64,000 nt of DNA, from NCBI GenBank assembly GCA_963706325.1, contig CAVPLT010000004.1:992001-1056000 (forward strand). Reading direction: 5' to 3'. Every line of letters starts with the position of its first letter. Position 1 is the first letter of the stretch. Under the pieces are notes generated by a model. That model was not told the DNA's origin. It was given only the letters and a program-made list of their open reading frames with translations, and ran no database searches. Source of the stretch: an uncultured Nitrospiraceae bacterium (GTDB lineage Bacteria > Nitrospirota > Nitrospiria > Nitrospirales > Nitrospiraceae). Shown one piece after another: positions 8,700-18,697 of this stretch. The position numbers and the translations under genes were made by a program.

Positions 8700-9635
8700 A
8701 TGCAGAAATTAGCGGCGGTTGTTGGTTCGATTGTTCTCAGCGTGGGGGTGTTAGTGGTCAATGGGTTCGCCGATCAGGGGGGACACGGTGCTGGAGAGAC
8801 TCACGGCGGGGGAACCCATATGAAGGTCAGTGGAGTGGTGTCTAAGATTCAATCCGATTTAATTACGGTGAAGACACCGTGGGGTCAACTTCGGATTGCC
8901 TCCTCCACGGCGCCCAAGAATCTAGAAGTCGGTGAGGAAGTGGAGATGCAGGTCAACGAAAACAATGCGGTCATCGATGTCCATCGGAAGGGAGATCCGG
9001 CCCACTCACACCGCTTTGTGTCCGGCAAACTGGCTTATGCCTCGAAGGACCGAAGAGAGATCAAGCTCTGGACGCCGGAAGGCGAGAAAGCGTTTGACGT
9101 GCAAACGGGAAGATCGCAATTATCCGGCATCGACGAGGGCACGCCGATCGCCATCGAGTTGAACGAGCAAGGCAAAGTTATCGACATTCACCGCCTGACG
9201 GTTGAGATCGCGATCGAGGAACATCCCCACACGAAATCCGGTCATCACCTGACCCTGGAGGGAGTGGTGACCAAAATTCAATCCGGATTGGCTTACGTGA
9301 AGACACCGGTTGGCCAATATACCATTCCCATGAAGCAAGCTCCGGCCGATGCTGCCGTCGGTGACGAAGTGAAGTTATGGTTGAATGAAGAAAATTTGGT
9401 CATTGACCATCATGGGAAACATAAGAATAAGCCGGGAACACACAGACTGGTATCAGGCAAGCTCATCTATGCCGGTTTGACGAAAAAAGAAATCAAGCTT
9501 TGGACCCCCGAAGGAGAAAAGGTGTTCCCGCTTGATCGTATGGAAATCAAGACGAAGCCGATCGAAGAAGGCTCGATGATTGTCGTGGAATTGGACGAGA
9601 AGGGTACCGTCATCGATCTTCGAAAGGCTGAATAA
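8700..9635 (+). CDS. Secreted His-rich protein with four beta-rich modules (ABAB internal duplication)
   Basis: AGGAG RBS and signal peptide; duplicated GVV.KIQS.L..VKTP.GQ and VSGKL.YA....EIKLWTPEGEK units. Confidence 0.85.
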   Translation: MQKLAAVVGSIVLSVGVLVVNGFADQGGHGAGETHGGGTHMKVSGVVSKIQSDLITVKTPWGQLRIASSTAPKNLEVGEEVEMQVNENNAVIDVHRKGDPAHSHRFVSGKLAYASKDRREIKLWTPEGEKAFDVQTGRSQLSGIDEGTPIAIELNEQGKVIDIHRLTVEIAIEEHPHTKSGHHLTLEGVVTKIQSGLAYVKTPVGQYTIPMKQAPADAAVGDEVKLWLNEENLVIDHHGKHKNKPGTHRLVSGKLIYAGLTKKEIKLWTPEGEKVFPLDRMEIKTKPIEEGSMIVVELDEKGTVIDLRKAE

Positions 9636-9648
9636 GGCCGTCACGAAA

Positions 9649-9681
9649 CCGGCACACACATGACGCTCATGTGTGTGCCGG
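9649..9681. terminator. Perfect 15-bp inverted repeat hairpin
   Basis: CCGGCACACACATGA-CGC-TCATGTGTGTGCCGG just after the stop at 9635. Confidence 0.7.
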
Positions 9682-9997
9682 CCGGTCCTAGCGTGCCTGT
9701 GCCGCACCATCTGCGATTGTAGCCATCCGTTCTCAGTCGAATCGATGCGGTGGCTGTCGACAAATTCCATTTCACAGGTCGAGTTGGAAATAGTTCAGGG
9801 GGGACAGGCGGTTGGTTGTGCTGAGCCAGAGCCAAGGCACGCTTAAGAAGGAACGAGATCCTCACATGAGTTTCGCCACGTGGTCACGCCTTCCTGCCGT
9901 CACTGCTCCTGATACCGTCTGGGAAATGAGCGGTTTAAAAAAAAGACAAAAGATTATCCGCGAGCGCAGTTGCTTGTTCGTCCGTTGCATGAGGACG

Positions 9998-10279
9998 CTA
10001 TGGAAGAAGAGGGGTGTCACTCCGTCGTGCCAAATAAAATCGATAATTGCAGGCGCGACATCGGTAGGGATAACGGCCGATGACCCTCGCCAAACAGTCC
10101 CGCCAACCAGACCGACGAGATCGGCTCACCATGTAGGAGCATTGGGGACACGTGCGAAGGGCGGAGAAGGCTCTCCGCCGGCGGGGGAACGTCATTCTCG
10201 TAAGCCGAGTGAGGATGGGCGCCTCCGCCAAATGTGTGAGGACCATCCAAGCCGTCAGCGGCATTCGTCTTATCTCCAC
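9998..10279 (-). CDS. Small zinc-ribbon protein (CPQC...CRAC)
   Basis: CPQC....SRSRR.G..D.......PYRC.AC..RF pattern; true start may lie further downstream. Confidence 0.55.
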   Translation of the reverse strand: MEIRRMPLTAWMVLTHLAEAPILTRLTRMTFPRRRRAFSALRTCPQCSYMVSRSRRSGWRDCLARVIGRYPYRCRACNYRFYLARRSDTPLLP

Positions 10280-10581
10280 TATTCGCCTCCACTATGCATC
10301 TGGCTTTGTTATCTCCGCCTCAGGACTGGGTGGGCCAGCCTCAAAATAGCTGACTCGCCTGCATACCAAGTCGCCGGTTTGCAGCTTCAGCTATACTCCA
10401 CCACTTCAACAGCCTAGAAGAGCATCTCACCGCCCTTCCTCCAAAGATCCCGCCAGGGCGGCCTCGATGAGATAGTAGCGGCAGCACGCAAAATAGGTGC
10501 TCGGCCTCCTCCTGCCTAAGTGCAATGTCTACGCGACGGACACACGCGTCATGCAGGCATGCTTAACTCGACAATAGGCCA

Positions 10582-10806
10582 TTATCTCCTGACGGTTGCC
10601 TTCCAACGTCGCGGTTGGTGTGGCAAGCAACAGTCGCAGGGCCATATTCTCCCGTTCCCGTCAATATGGATTGAATGGCCTATTGGACACTCAAGATGCT
10701 TTGCGCTCGTGTGGTTGGCAAGAGTGACAGTCCGAGGTCGATCAGGATCGCTTAATCCTTCAACCTCTCGTTCAGCAAGGAATTCATGGCACACGAGTGT
10801 GTGCAT
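10582..10806 (-). CDS. Small Cys/His-rich hypothetical protein
   Basis: GGGAG RBS before ATG; upstream sigma70-like promoter; HLECPIGHSIH...CDCC. Confidence 0.4.
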   Translation of the reverse strand: MHTLVCHEFLAEREVEGLSDPDRPRTVTLANHTSAKHLECPIGHSIHIDGNGRIWPCDCCLPHQPRRWKATVRR

Positions 10807-10956
10807 GGTTCATTCTCCCGGTAGCCGTGCGTTGCGTTGCAGGCGTGTACTTATTGCCTCTTGAATGACCTGCCAGACTAGTTTTGTTGGATTGCGATTG
10901 CGTGGGGACGTGCAAGGTTTCATAAGGGAGCGTTTTGCAGGTGTATGGTGCAGCAT

Positions 10957-10985
10957 ACACTAAGGGCAAAGGCTTAGCATGTCAA
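10957..10985 (-). promoter_or_regulatory. Sigma70-like promoter
   Basis: Minus strand TTGACA-N17-TAGTGT. Confidence 0.5.
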
Positions 10986-11514
10986 GTATTTTGAGGGAGG
11001 GGATGGTCATCAAGACCCTAACGCGGTACGAGCTCAGTTCACGTTATAACCACTGCGCCAACCAGTGGCCTAAACAGTACGCTCTCACTGTGGGAGGACC
11101 ACTTGTTGTTGAGGATTTTAAAAAAGTCAAAACTTTTTTCTAGTGATAGCAATTCTTCCGTAGGAAACCTGTGGTGCGCACGGATCTTAGTGTCATGACC
11201 CGAGCCTGCACAGAGGGACCTGGGAACTCTGCCATCTTCTCTGTCGGGTGGCCTTGGAAGCTCTCTTCGGTCCGAAGGATGGACGAGAAAAAGCGTTTTG
11301 ATTTTCTCGGCGAGGCGCGCCTTTTCTGGAGTGTGAGGCCTGTGAACCCGTGATGTGGTCGTTCACATCAAAGAAATTGATGTATGGCGGTCGAACATCG
11401 TGCACGGCCGCAAGCTCTCAAAACCTCAGAGAAAATGACGGTTACACTAGCAGAATTACGAGGGGAGAGCAGAGGATGTAGGCTGCAAACAGATTGATGC
11501 GTCGGCGGAAGTTG

Positions 11515-11559
11515 TGGAGCTGGCGAGAAGAGTTGAACCTCCAAGTTGCGGTTTACAAA
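11515..11559 (-). repeat. Diverged att copy (3' half of tRNA-Thr TGT)
   Basis: 38 of 45 nt identical to 26457-26501; followed by TCAGT like the copy at 23143. Confidence 0.85.
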
Positions 11560-12340
11560 TCAGTAGAAAAGGGATGGTCAAGTCCTTGACGACTTAGGCC
11601 ATCCCCGCTCCCAGACCGGATGCAGGCAGGATACGCTTTCACTGCTAGTATTCTCACTTCATACAAATTCCACTCGTGTTGTCTCTATTTCTAACACCAG
11701 GCTAACACTTGTCTCCCTGATCGGTTCACCCCTTCGGCCCTTGGATATGGGACTCCTGTGGGAAATGTGCAGGTAAAACGAAAGGGGGGAAACATGCGCT
11801 GTTACCCTCGCCTCTCCAGGAAACCGGACACGCGCATGACAGGTTATATCCATGCCCGTGGCATGCTTGCTTTCGCGTAGAAGGCGACCTAGGACCATGC
11901 GCTCAACATCATTGATGGCCACTTTTTCTGTGACGAACCTGCGTGTGGGAGGGGCGGGCATGATCCGTGGGATATCATCTGCGAAGGTAACTTGTAGGCC
12001 AGCACTCGCCAGGATTCGTGCTTGTGATGGAGTGTGATCGTAATTTTAACCATCGTGAAAGCTACGGTCGACGTGTGTGAACTGAACTCCAAATTCGGAA
12101 GCGCGGGACTATGTGACCAAGCCGTGCCGAAGCTTCACTTGCGATGTTCCAGGGAGATGCATGAGTAGGGATACCGTCATGCCTGGGGTGAAGAGAAGAT
12201 GAGTCTCTACATGACAGCGCTGGGGAGAAAACCGCCAGATCGTGCCGGCTTCAAGCCGGCTCTGCTGGTGTCCGATGATGGTGCATGCCCGGGATAGGCG
12301 TTTGCCGAGGTAGTTTGCATCAGGCGGGAGTTATTGCACG

Positions 12341-12979
12341 CTATCGCGGACGGGCCCTAATCAACATCTGCTTGCCGAGCGGTTTGAGGGGCGAGGCGAG
12401 GTAGAGGCGGATCATGAGGGGCGAAACCGGTAGTCGTGACTTAATTGTCAGAGGCAAAAAGCGGGGATGAACCTCTAAAACCTCATAGCGGTTGGCTTCG
12501 AGAAAATCACTCAAGGTTACATGCGAGTAGACCGTGGTATGCGTATAGTCGTCGAAGTACTCTCGATAGGCATACCTGTAGTTGGGTTGAAGAATGTTCA
12601 GTGTGCCGCGAGGACTCAGTTTTGAGCGCAATCCTTCAAGTACAGATCGAAATTCGGCCTGCGAGAGGTGCTCGAATAAATTGCTCGCGAAAGCGAAGTC
12701 GACGGCGCCATCGGCAAGGAATCCAAGACCGGTTGCCGCGCCAACCACGCCTTCAACCCCGGCATGAAGAAAATTCGACGCTTCTGGCCAAACGTCCAGC
12801 GCGATTCGTCGTTTCGCTACAACCGCATTGATGAAGTCACCATAGCCGCAGCCGACATCTAACACGCAGTCGCCCGGGTTAATAAATCGGCTAAAGTAAA
12901 AGCGCCACAGCGTGGCCCATAACACCCTCCGTCTGGGATCCGGCGGCAGACGCGTCTGGTGGTAGCTGCTGGCGTTCAT
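12341..12979 (-). CDS. Class I SAM-dependent methyltransferase
   Basis: VLDVGCGYG motif I, ALD, SNLFEHL, L.PRG; 4-bp overlap with the upstream GT2 gene. Confidence 0.9.
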   Translation of the reverse strand: MNASSYHQTRLPPDPRRRVLWATLWRFYFSRFINPGDCVLDVGCGYGDFINAVVAKRRIALDVWPEASNFLHAGVEGVVGAATGLGFLADGAVDFAFASNLFEHLSQAEFRSVLEGLRSKLSPRGTLNILQPNYRYAYREYFDDYTHTTVYSHVTLSDFLEANRYEVLEVHPRFLPLTIKSRLPVSPLMIRLYLASPLKPLGKQMLIRARPR

Positions 12980-13989
12980 GCGCTCACTCTCCTCCAGCCG
13001 AACAGGAGCCCCAAGATCATTCGTAATCCTACTCTCAACGCGCGTCGATTATTGACGTTTCCTCCTTTGCTCACGCCGACCCGCTGATGAAATGTTATCG
13101 GGCATTCGACAAGCGTGAGGTTGGTCGTCAAAGCCGTATCAAGAAAATGCGCGTTGAACTCAAGATTTATCCGAGGATTCAACCTGGGCAGTAACTCATG
13201 GAGCGCGCTCTTCTTGCATAGCTTGTAGGTGGTCCCGACATCAGTAAAGGTTCCTTTACCGAGGTGCTTAGCTTCCAAAAGCTTGCCGACGAAAAAATTA
13301 CCGTAATATACGAACACGCTTAGTTGCGTTTCACGTTGTCTGAGTTGTTCGATGATCCGCGTGCCATTCACGATGTCAGCGTGAGGAGCGTAAGCCAGTA
13401 GTTTCTCGATGTCGTAGGCACGGAACGTCAAATCTCCCTCGCAGAGGACAATGAGCTCCGAGTCGGGGTAGCGAATGGCCTCGTTCAGACACCGGTAAAC
13501 ACAGCGCCCATATCCTGGCAGCGGCTCATTCAGTGCGACGGCACCCGCCTCGATGGCGCGCTTCATGGTCTGATCCGTGCTGTTGTTGCTTACCACGATC
13601 ACGCGTTTTACAAGTGGATGTTCGCAAAAATCCTTCACTGCCATACCGATGCTGGCTTCGTCGTTGTAGGCGGTTAACGCTACGGTGACGTAACGACTGT
13701 CAATCCGATCCACACGCACGTCGGACATGCGGCGCTTGAATTGGAACAGTAATAAAAGATCTGCACCCGCTAACAAGATCCCGGCCATGATCGGTACGCC
13801 GCTGTACCAAACTATCCATTCATTCAACGGCATTAAGTTATGTAACCCAAGGAGGTACCGTGGCAACGACATGAGAACGCCGAACAGGTACATGGCGATA
13901 CCGAAAGAGACAAAGAAGACGCCGTAGAAAAGCAGGGGAAGGTGCTTTAGGCGATTGCCTAGCCGATGCTTGATAGTTTCGCCTGTCAT
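12976..13989 (-). CDS. GT2 glycosyltransferase (polyprenol-phosphate sugar synthase-like) with two N-terminal TM helices
   Basis: AYNDEASI, VVSNNSTD.T, GYG, EGD acidic motif, TDVGTTYK, RVGVSK; AAGGA RBS before ATG 13989 (ORF extends to 14037). Confidence 0.88.
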   Translation of the reverse strand: MTGETIKHRLGNRLKHLPLLFYGVFFVSFGIAMYLFGVLMSLPRYLLGLHNLMPLNEWIVWYSGVPIMAGILLAGADLLLLFQFKRRMSDVRVDRIDSRYVTVALTAYNDEASIGMAVKDFCEHPLVKRVIVVSNNSTDQTMKRAIEAGAVALNEPLPGYGRCVYRCLNEAIRYPDSELIVLCEGDLTFRAYDIEKLLAYAPHADIVNGTRIIEQLRQRETQLSVFVYYGNFFVGKLLEAKHLGKGTFTDVGTTYKLCKKSALHELLPRLNPRINLEFNAHFLDTALTTNLTLVECPITFHQRVGVSKGGNVNNRRALRVGLRMILGLLFGWRRVSA

Positions 13990-14082
13990 CCCCGTCCTTT
14001 CGCTGGTTACTGCTAGGTTCCCACATGGCTTGCGCAAGGCTACAAAAGAGCAGGCGCGCCGTGTTCGTCATTTATAAGTGTG

Positions 14083-15651
14083 TCAATCACTCGACAGGTA
14101 GACGGCATAAGGAGGATATTTCACAACGCGCGGGTAAGCTGCTTCGATGGCCTTTTGGACCTCCGAAGTCCAGCGTGGCACTGTCCACCGGTCGCCAATG
14201 ACAACGAACTCAAAAAAGTGGGAGTTGATCAAGTCAATGAGCCTGTGCTGATTCCACAGCCCCTTATGAGCTAGCTCCTGAAATATGGCCGGTTCCATTG
14301 GGACCTCTTTACCAGCTTTCATCAGAAGAGTCATATCTTCGGAGAGAACCGGTTTTTGAGCAGCGACAATCAGCTGCAGCACGGCTTGTGCTTGCTGCGT
14401 ATGCTCGGTGCTTGGCAAGCGTATGTGCTTTGCTGGGCTTATCACCAGTTGAACCATTAATAGCGCGGGCAAACCGATCGCCAAGGCCAGCCGAACGTAC
14501 AGAGATGAAGTCGATTGAGGTTGCCATACTATACGAAGCGCAGCGGCTGATGCCATTCCCAGGATCAGACACCAGACGCAGATCCATTCTATGACGTAAT
14601 TGTATGAAGCGCCGATTTTGCCGGTGCTGAGAAGCATGGCTGTCGTAACCAGCAAATAAACCGTAAATAGACATAACCCGAGAAACCACGGGTCGCCGTT
14701 AAGCCGGCTTCGGAGGCCAGCTAGGTTGCTCAATTTATAGTGAGCCTTAAAAATCGACAGCCAGCTTACAACTAAGAAGGCGATTACGACCAATAGATAC
14801 AATCCATGACCGATAAGCACTGTGTACAATAAGCCAATCCCCGACGTGGCGCTAAACCGATTGATGTTGTACAGAATGATGTGCCGCACAAACCCGCCGT
14901 CGGTTTGCCAGACGAGAAGAAGAAACGCTGCGAGGGCAAGTGCTGCAAATAACCCTGCCGCGCGTACCGCTCCTTTCGGCTTAACTAGAAATAGAATCGA
15001 AAGCGTGGAAATTGGGGCGGCAATTAAGTTCTGCTTGGTGTAAACCGCAAGAACAAAAGCCACACTGGACCAATACAGGAAAGCGGGCCGATCGATTGAG
15101 ATGACCGCAAAATAGACACCGAGAAAGCCGAAGGCGAGCGCCAGCATATCGACTCGCATGACTAGGGACCATTCAAAGATAGGAAAGGAGGTGAATATAG
15201 TCAGCCCTGCGATTGCGGCGGCGACATAAGCTAGATTTCCTGCGGCATGTTTAGCCACTCTAAGCGTCAGCAGCGCTATTAATATGGCAATCAGTAGGGT
15301 CGACACGAAAGATAGGACACGTCCAGCCGTCAAATAATCCAAGCCGACAGACGCAAGGGCTCGCACGGTAAGATGATAAATCGGCGGATAGTGAAAGACG
15401 ATGAAAGGGTAGACATCAATATTGCCATACATCCTTTCTCCCGGGATCAATAGGGCTTGCTGCCAGACGATACCCTCGCCATAGTCAATAGAGAACGGGT
15501 ACTGAATCGCCTTGTATGCATATCTCCCATATCGGACAATAAAGTGAACAACCATCCCAAGCAGTAGGACCGAAAAGGAAAAAAGGCCGAGAAATCGGAC
15601 TCCGTTTAAGACCGATATATTCCCCACTGGATTACGTTGGGGCGCCTGCAT
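14083..15651 (-). CDS. Polytopic GT-C type membrane glycosyltransferase (ArnT/PMT-like)
   Basis: More than 10 hydrophobic segments; periplasmic DYGEG acidic motif, YPPIY, GR.LS, RVD and TKQ motifs; ORF extends to 15690. Confidence 0.75.
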   Translation of the reverse strand: MQAPQRNPVGNISVLNGVRFLGLFSFSVLLLGMVVHFIVRYGRYAYKAIQYPFSIDYGEGIVWQQALLIPGERMYGNIDVYPFIVFHYPPIYHLTVRALASVGLDYLTAGRVLSFVSTLLIAILIALLTLRVAKHAAGNLAYVAAAIAGLTIFTSFPIFEWSLVMRVDMLALAFGFLGVYFAVISIDRPAFLYWSSVAFVLAVYTKQNLIAAPISTLSILFLVKPKGAVRAAGLFAALALAAFLLLVWQTDGGFVRHIILYNINRFSATSGIGLLYTVLIGHGLYLLVVIAFLVVSWLSIFKAHYKLSNLAGLRSRLNGDPWFLGLCLFTVYLLVTTAMLLSTGKIGASYNYVIEWICVWCLILGMASAAALRIVWQPQSTSSLYVRLALAIGLPALLMVQLVISPAKHIRLPSTEHTQQAQAVLQLIVAAQKPVLSEDMTLLMKAGKEVPMEPAIFQELAHKGLWNQHRLIDLINSHFFEFVVIGDRWTVPRWTSEVQKAIEAAYPRVVKYPPYAVYLSSD

Positions 15652-16228
15652 GTTTGATACGCCCTTCACTTCCCGTTTCCATGCATGCACCGGACAAAAT
15701 AAGGCATGTCATAAGCCAAGCTTGAGAGAGTTAGGAGTCCGCTTGACGAACTCTTGTGATGCCTGGATGGTCCATCGTGCATTTCGTACACCCTGCCCCT
15801 AATAATTCGGCGTAGTAGCTAGGACTATATGATAGCGACACGAGCGTTGTCACGGTACGGAGTCAGTGTTGCGCATAGTGACAGAGGATAACGCAACGCT
15901 ATAAGCGGTGGCTTATTATTCTCTGCCGTATTAGGCGTCCTACGAAAATATATGAGGGGAGGTGAGCGGGGATGAGTCATGTGGGTATTAGAGAATAGAT
16001 AAAACTGGGGCAAGCACTATGGCGATTCACCTCATAGGTTAGTCTCATCGGTAGGCGCAGTCTGACCAAAAGCCATTTCGTATCAGATGGAGACCTGTCC
16101 TCGTCACTTCCTTGCATAACGCTGCCTGGTTTCCATTTCATTTAAATTCAGGTTTGGGCGCGTCATTGAGAAACCTCCATCCTGAAATTGCATTGCCCAG
16201 TAGGATAGCAATCAAATTGCGCACACGA

Positions 16229-16978
16229 TCATGCTTTCGTGCGCGTTGTCTCATTGTCAACGGGGGGGAGTCTCTGAGACTGCAGCGTGCCGCCTTCCTG
16301 GTAATGTCGCGGATACTCCGCGTGCTGATGAAATTCATTGTGTGACATCCCGATTCTAGAGCTGCAAAGGCGACACACATAGGCACCGGTAATAAAAACG
16401 CCGCCCACCGTTTCAAGTTGGTAGTCGTGTTCGCAGTCGCTCTGTTTTTTGAGGGAATCAGACAGCCCTGGGCTCTGCAGGACGACGCTGGCTCGACTGT
16501 CAGTCTGCTGGCTTTCATCGGGGTGAGTTGAGTGTGCTACATATTCCCTACAAAAGTGCCCGTAGCACTGCGAGAACGTATAAGAAGCAGCGACCATGTT
16601 CACCGTGCCCTTCATCTGTCCACACAGCAACGTCCAGTATGCCGCGTAGAGCACCGACTCGGTGGGCGACAGATAGACATCAAGAAAGCGACCCAGGGCG
16701 GTTTCGCCAAAGACGACGGTGAGTACATGCTTTGTGGAGGGTCCGTAGCAACAAACATGCTCATGCCTTCCACCAAACAGAACGTACATTTCCGCCAATG
16801 GTCTGAATCCACGATGCCCGCAGTGGCTACATTGCAATGCCTGAAGGCCAGTGGCATCTCGGCGCTTGTGCGTGGACTGTGTCTGCATATGGCCGTGGCA
16901 ATTCGGCGCAGGGCAAAGAGGCGAAGGAGGAGAAAGAATCGTGCTTGCTTTAAGACGAGGCTTGTAATATTCCGGCAT
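16229..16978 (-). CDS. Hypothetical Cys-rich protein with zinc-ribbon motifs
   Basis: 249-aa ORF with CPAPNC, CSHC, CEH...CRLC motifs. Confidence 0.55.
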   Translation of the reverse strand: MPEYYKPRLKASTILSPPSPLCPAPNCHGHMQTQSTHKRRDATGLQALQCSHCGHRGFRPLAEMYVLFGGRHEHVCCYGPSTKHVLTVVFGETALGRFLDVYLSPTESVLYAAYWTLLCGQMKGTVNMVAASYTFSQCYGHFCREYVAHSTHPDESQQTDSRASVVLQSPGLSDSLKKQSDCEHDYQLETVGGVFITGAYVCRLCSSRIGMSHNEFHQHAEYPRHYQEGGTLQSQRLPPVDNETTRTKA

Positions 16979-17524
16979 TTCTTCGATCCTACAGAGCGTG
17001 ATTCCTCTTCAATGTAAGCACCATTTAGCCTGAGGCAGCTTGAAGTGGGCCCTAGTGTGAACCCTGGGGCTGTTCTTGTTTCACCCTTAATGTCTGGAGC
17101 TGGTGCGCGTCGAAAAAGTTTCGGGATCTAGTGGCTTGAATTGGGGTGCTAAAAGGTCGGGTGTGTGTCTTTCAAGGCAGGTGCTTCAAAACGAGGAGTA
17201 TGGGCGTAGGTGCCGATTCTCTCCCTTTTTTTCAGATTGAGAGAGCGGTGCTTGATAGCAGGTGGGGACACAACTCCCGAATTCTAGCACTTGTTTTTGG
17301 GTATGCGCACTAGCCGGCTGCCTATACGAGCGTGAGCATGGGCCACGCAAGTGGCCTCCGGCGAACGCGCGTACTTACGGCGAGTACACATTGGCTGAGG
17401 GTCTACGCACGGCGCGTCAGTCAACGATGTCTACTGAACGGAGTGCACGCATGAACCAGATACCTGCCAAGGTAAGGCCGACGCCGACGGACCAATACAT
17501 GACGTAGCGCGTCATTTGTTACTC

Positions 17525-17737
17525 CTATGCTCGAAGTGATTCGTGCTTCATGAAGTCTGAATGGTTTGCCGCAGTGAAGGAGTGCGGGGCGTCATTGAGG
17601 TTTGTCTGGCAGGCCTCGCGGGCCAAAATATCGTCCAGGTGGCAGTATGCGCAGAGGAGGCCATGTGTCGCCTGATACTTACGGCATACCTCACAATTGT
17701 ATTTGTCAAGGAAAGCTCGGATGAATCTCGCCAACAT
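17525..17737 (-). CDS. Small putative zinc-finger protein
   Basis: CEVC...LCAYC motif in 70 aa. Confidence 0.4.
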   Translation of the reverse strand: MLARFIRAFLDKYNCEVCRKYQATHGLLCAYCHLDDILAREACQTNLNDAPHSFTAANHSDFMKHESLRA

Positions 17738-18078
17738 AACTGAATTCTAAGCGAAAGACTGCCAGGGAGGTACTAGGAGCCGCCCCAGTTATGCGGTCGG
17801 GGCTTGCCTACACAATGAAGATGGGCAGGGCAGGCACATCCATTTTCATTTGCCAAACCTGCCGGCTAGCTATCGGGATTTGACCAAGAAAGGGCATTCT
17901 CGCGTGTGAGTACTGAGATCAATAAAGTGGGTTCGGGCTAGGTGCTTGGGCTGTTGCTGCAATCGACCAAAGGAAGTGAGGGAATGTCTCGTTCACACCT
18001 GCGCGTTGTGGGACTAACCGGATGGGCACCAGACCAAGACAGATCGACGAGGGCCTTACAGCAAAGGCGAGATCTGGA

Positions 18079-18296
18079 ATGAGTCAGAAGGGAGATCAAC
18101 GAGTCAAAAACCCACCAATAGACGTGGACAGCCTTGCGGAGTACGTGGGCATCTCCACGCACACCATTTATAGATGGTCAGTCAACGGCGTATACCGTTC
18201 GTGAAGGTAGGTCGGTTGACGAGATTCGACTTGCAAGCGATGGACACATGGATCATTCAGCATACAGTCATGCACACACGGCCACGGCGGTTGTAG
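18079..18296 (+). pseudogene. Excisionase-family HTH DNA-binding protein, frameshifted
   Basis: IDVDSLAEYVGISTHTIY, then a frame change near 18172 gives MVSQRRIPFVKVGRLTRFDLQAMDTWI, a typical HTH_17 pattern. Confidence 0.8.
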
Positions 18297-18481
18297 GATT
18301 CATTGCAAGAGGTAGACAGTCAGGACGCCGCCTCCCAGGAGAGCACAGGCCAAGGCGAGCCATCGATACCATCGGTTGTTATAGGCGGTCCTATCATAAA
18401 AACCGGCTCCTCGTCGGCGTCCGCGCATTGGACCATGTCTCCCGGCGCTGTCGCGCATCTGCTAAAACCGTGTGACCGAGT

Positions 18482-18697
18482 CTATTGCAGAAGATAAAGT
18501 GCTAAGACGCCTAAAGAAAGGATAAAACTCGCCAGAGCTATCCATCGGTACCGTCGATCATTGATAGCGGATTGGTTAAACCAGTTCTCGTAAAGCTTCC
18601 GTTCGTACATGATCCGGTTCCTCCGTCTCTCAATTTTACCATGGTCCGCAACATTAGACTGTTGCAGACTGGACTCGACGCACTCTCGGGCGTCCAC
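18482..18697 (-). CDS. Small protein with C-terminal TM helix
   Basis: AAGGA/AGGT RBS before GTG; ends WIALASFILSLGVLALYLLQ. Confidence 0.4.
   Translation of the reverse strand: MDARECVESSLQQSNVADHGKIERRRNRIMYERKLYENWFNQSAINDRRYRWIALASFILSLGVLALYLLQ

Noticed and set aside
9812..10417. 201-aa plus-strand ORF
   Set aside because: No motifs; overlaps the more plausible zinc-ribbon gene on the opposite strand.
10941..11139. Possible c-di-GMP riboswitch (GGCAAA, short palindromes)
   Set aside because: The GEMM P1/P2 architecture could not be built; a minus-strand promoter explains the sequence better.
11515..11605. Second tRNA gene (also at 23143)
   Set aside because: Only the 3' half is present; no D-arm or 5' acceptor strand, so these are att copies.
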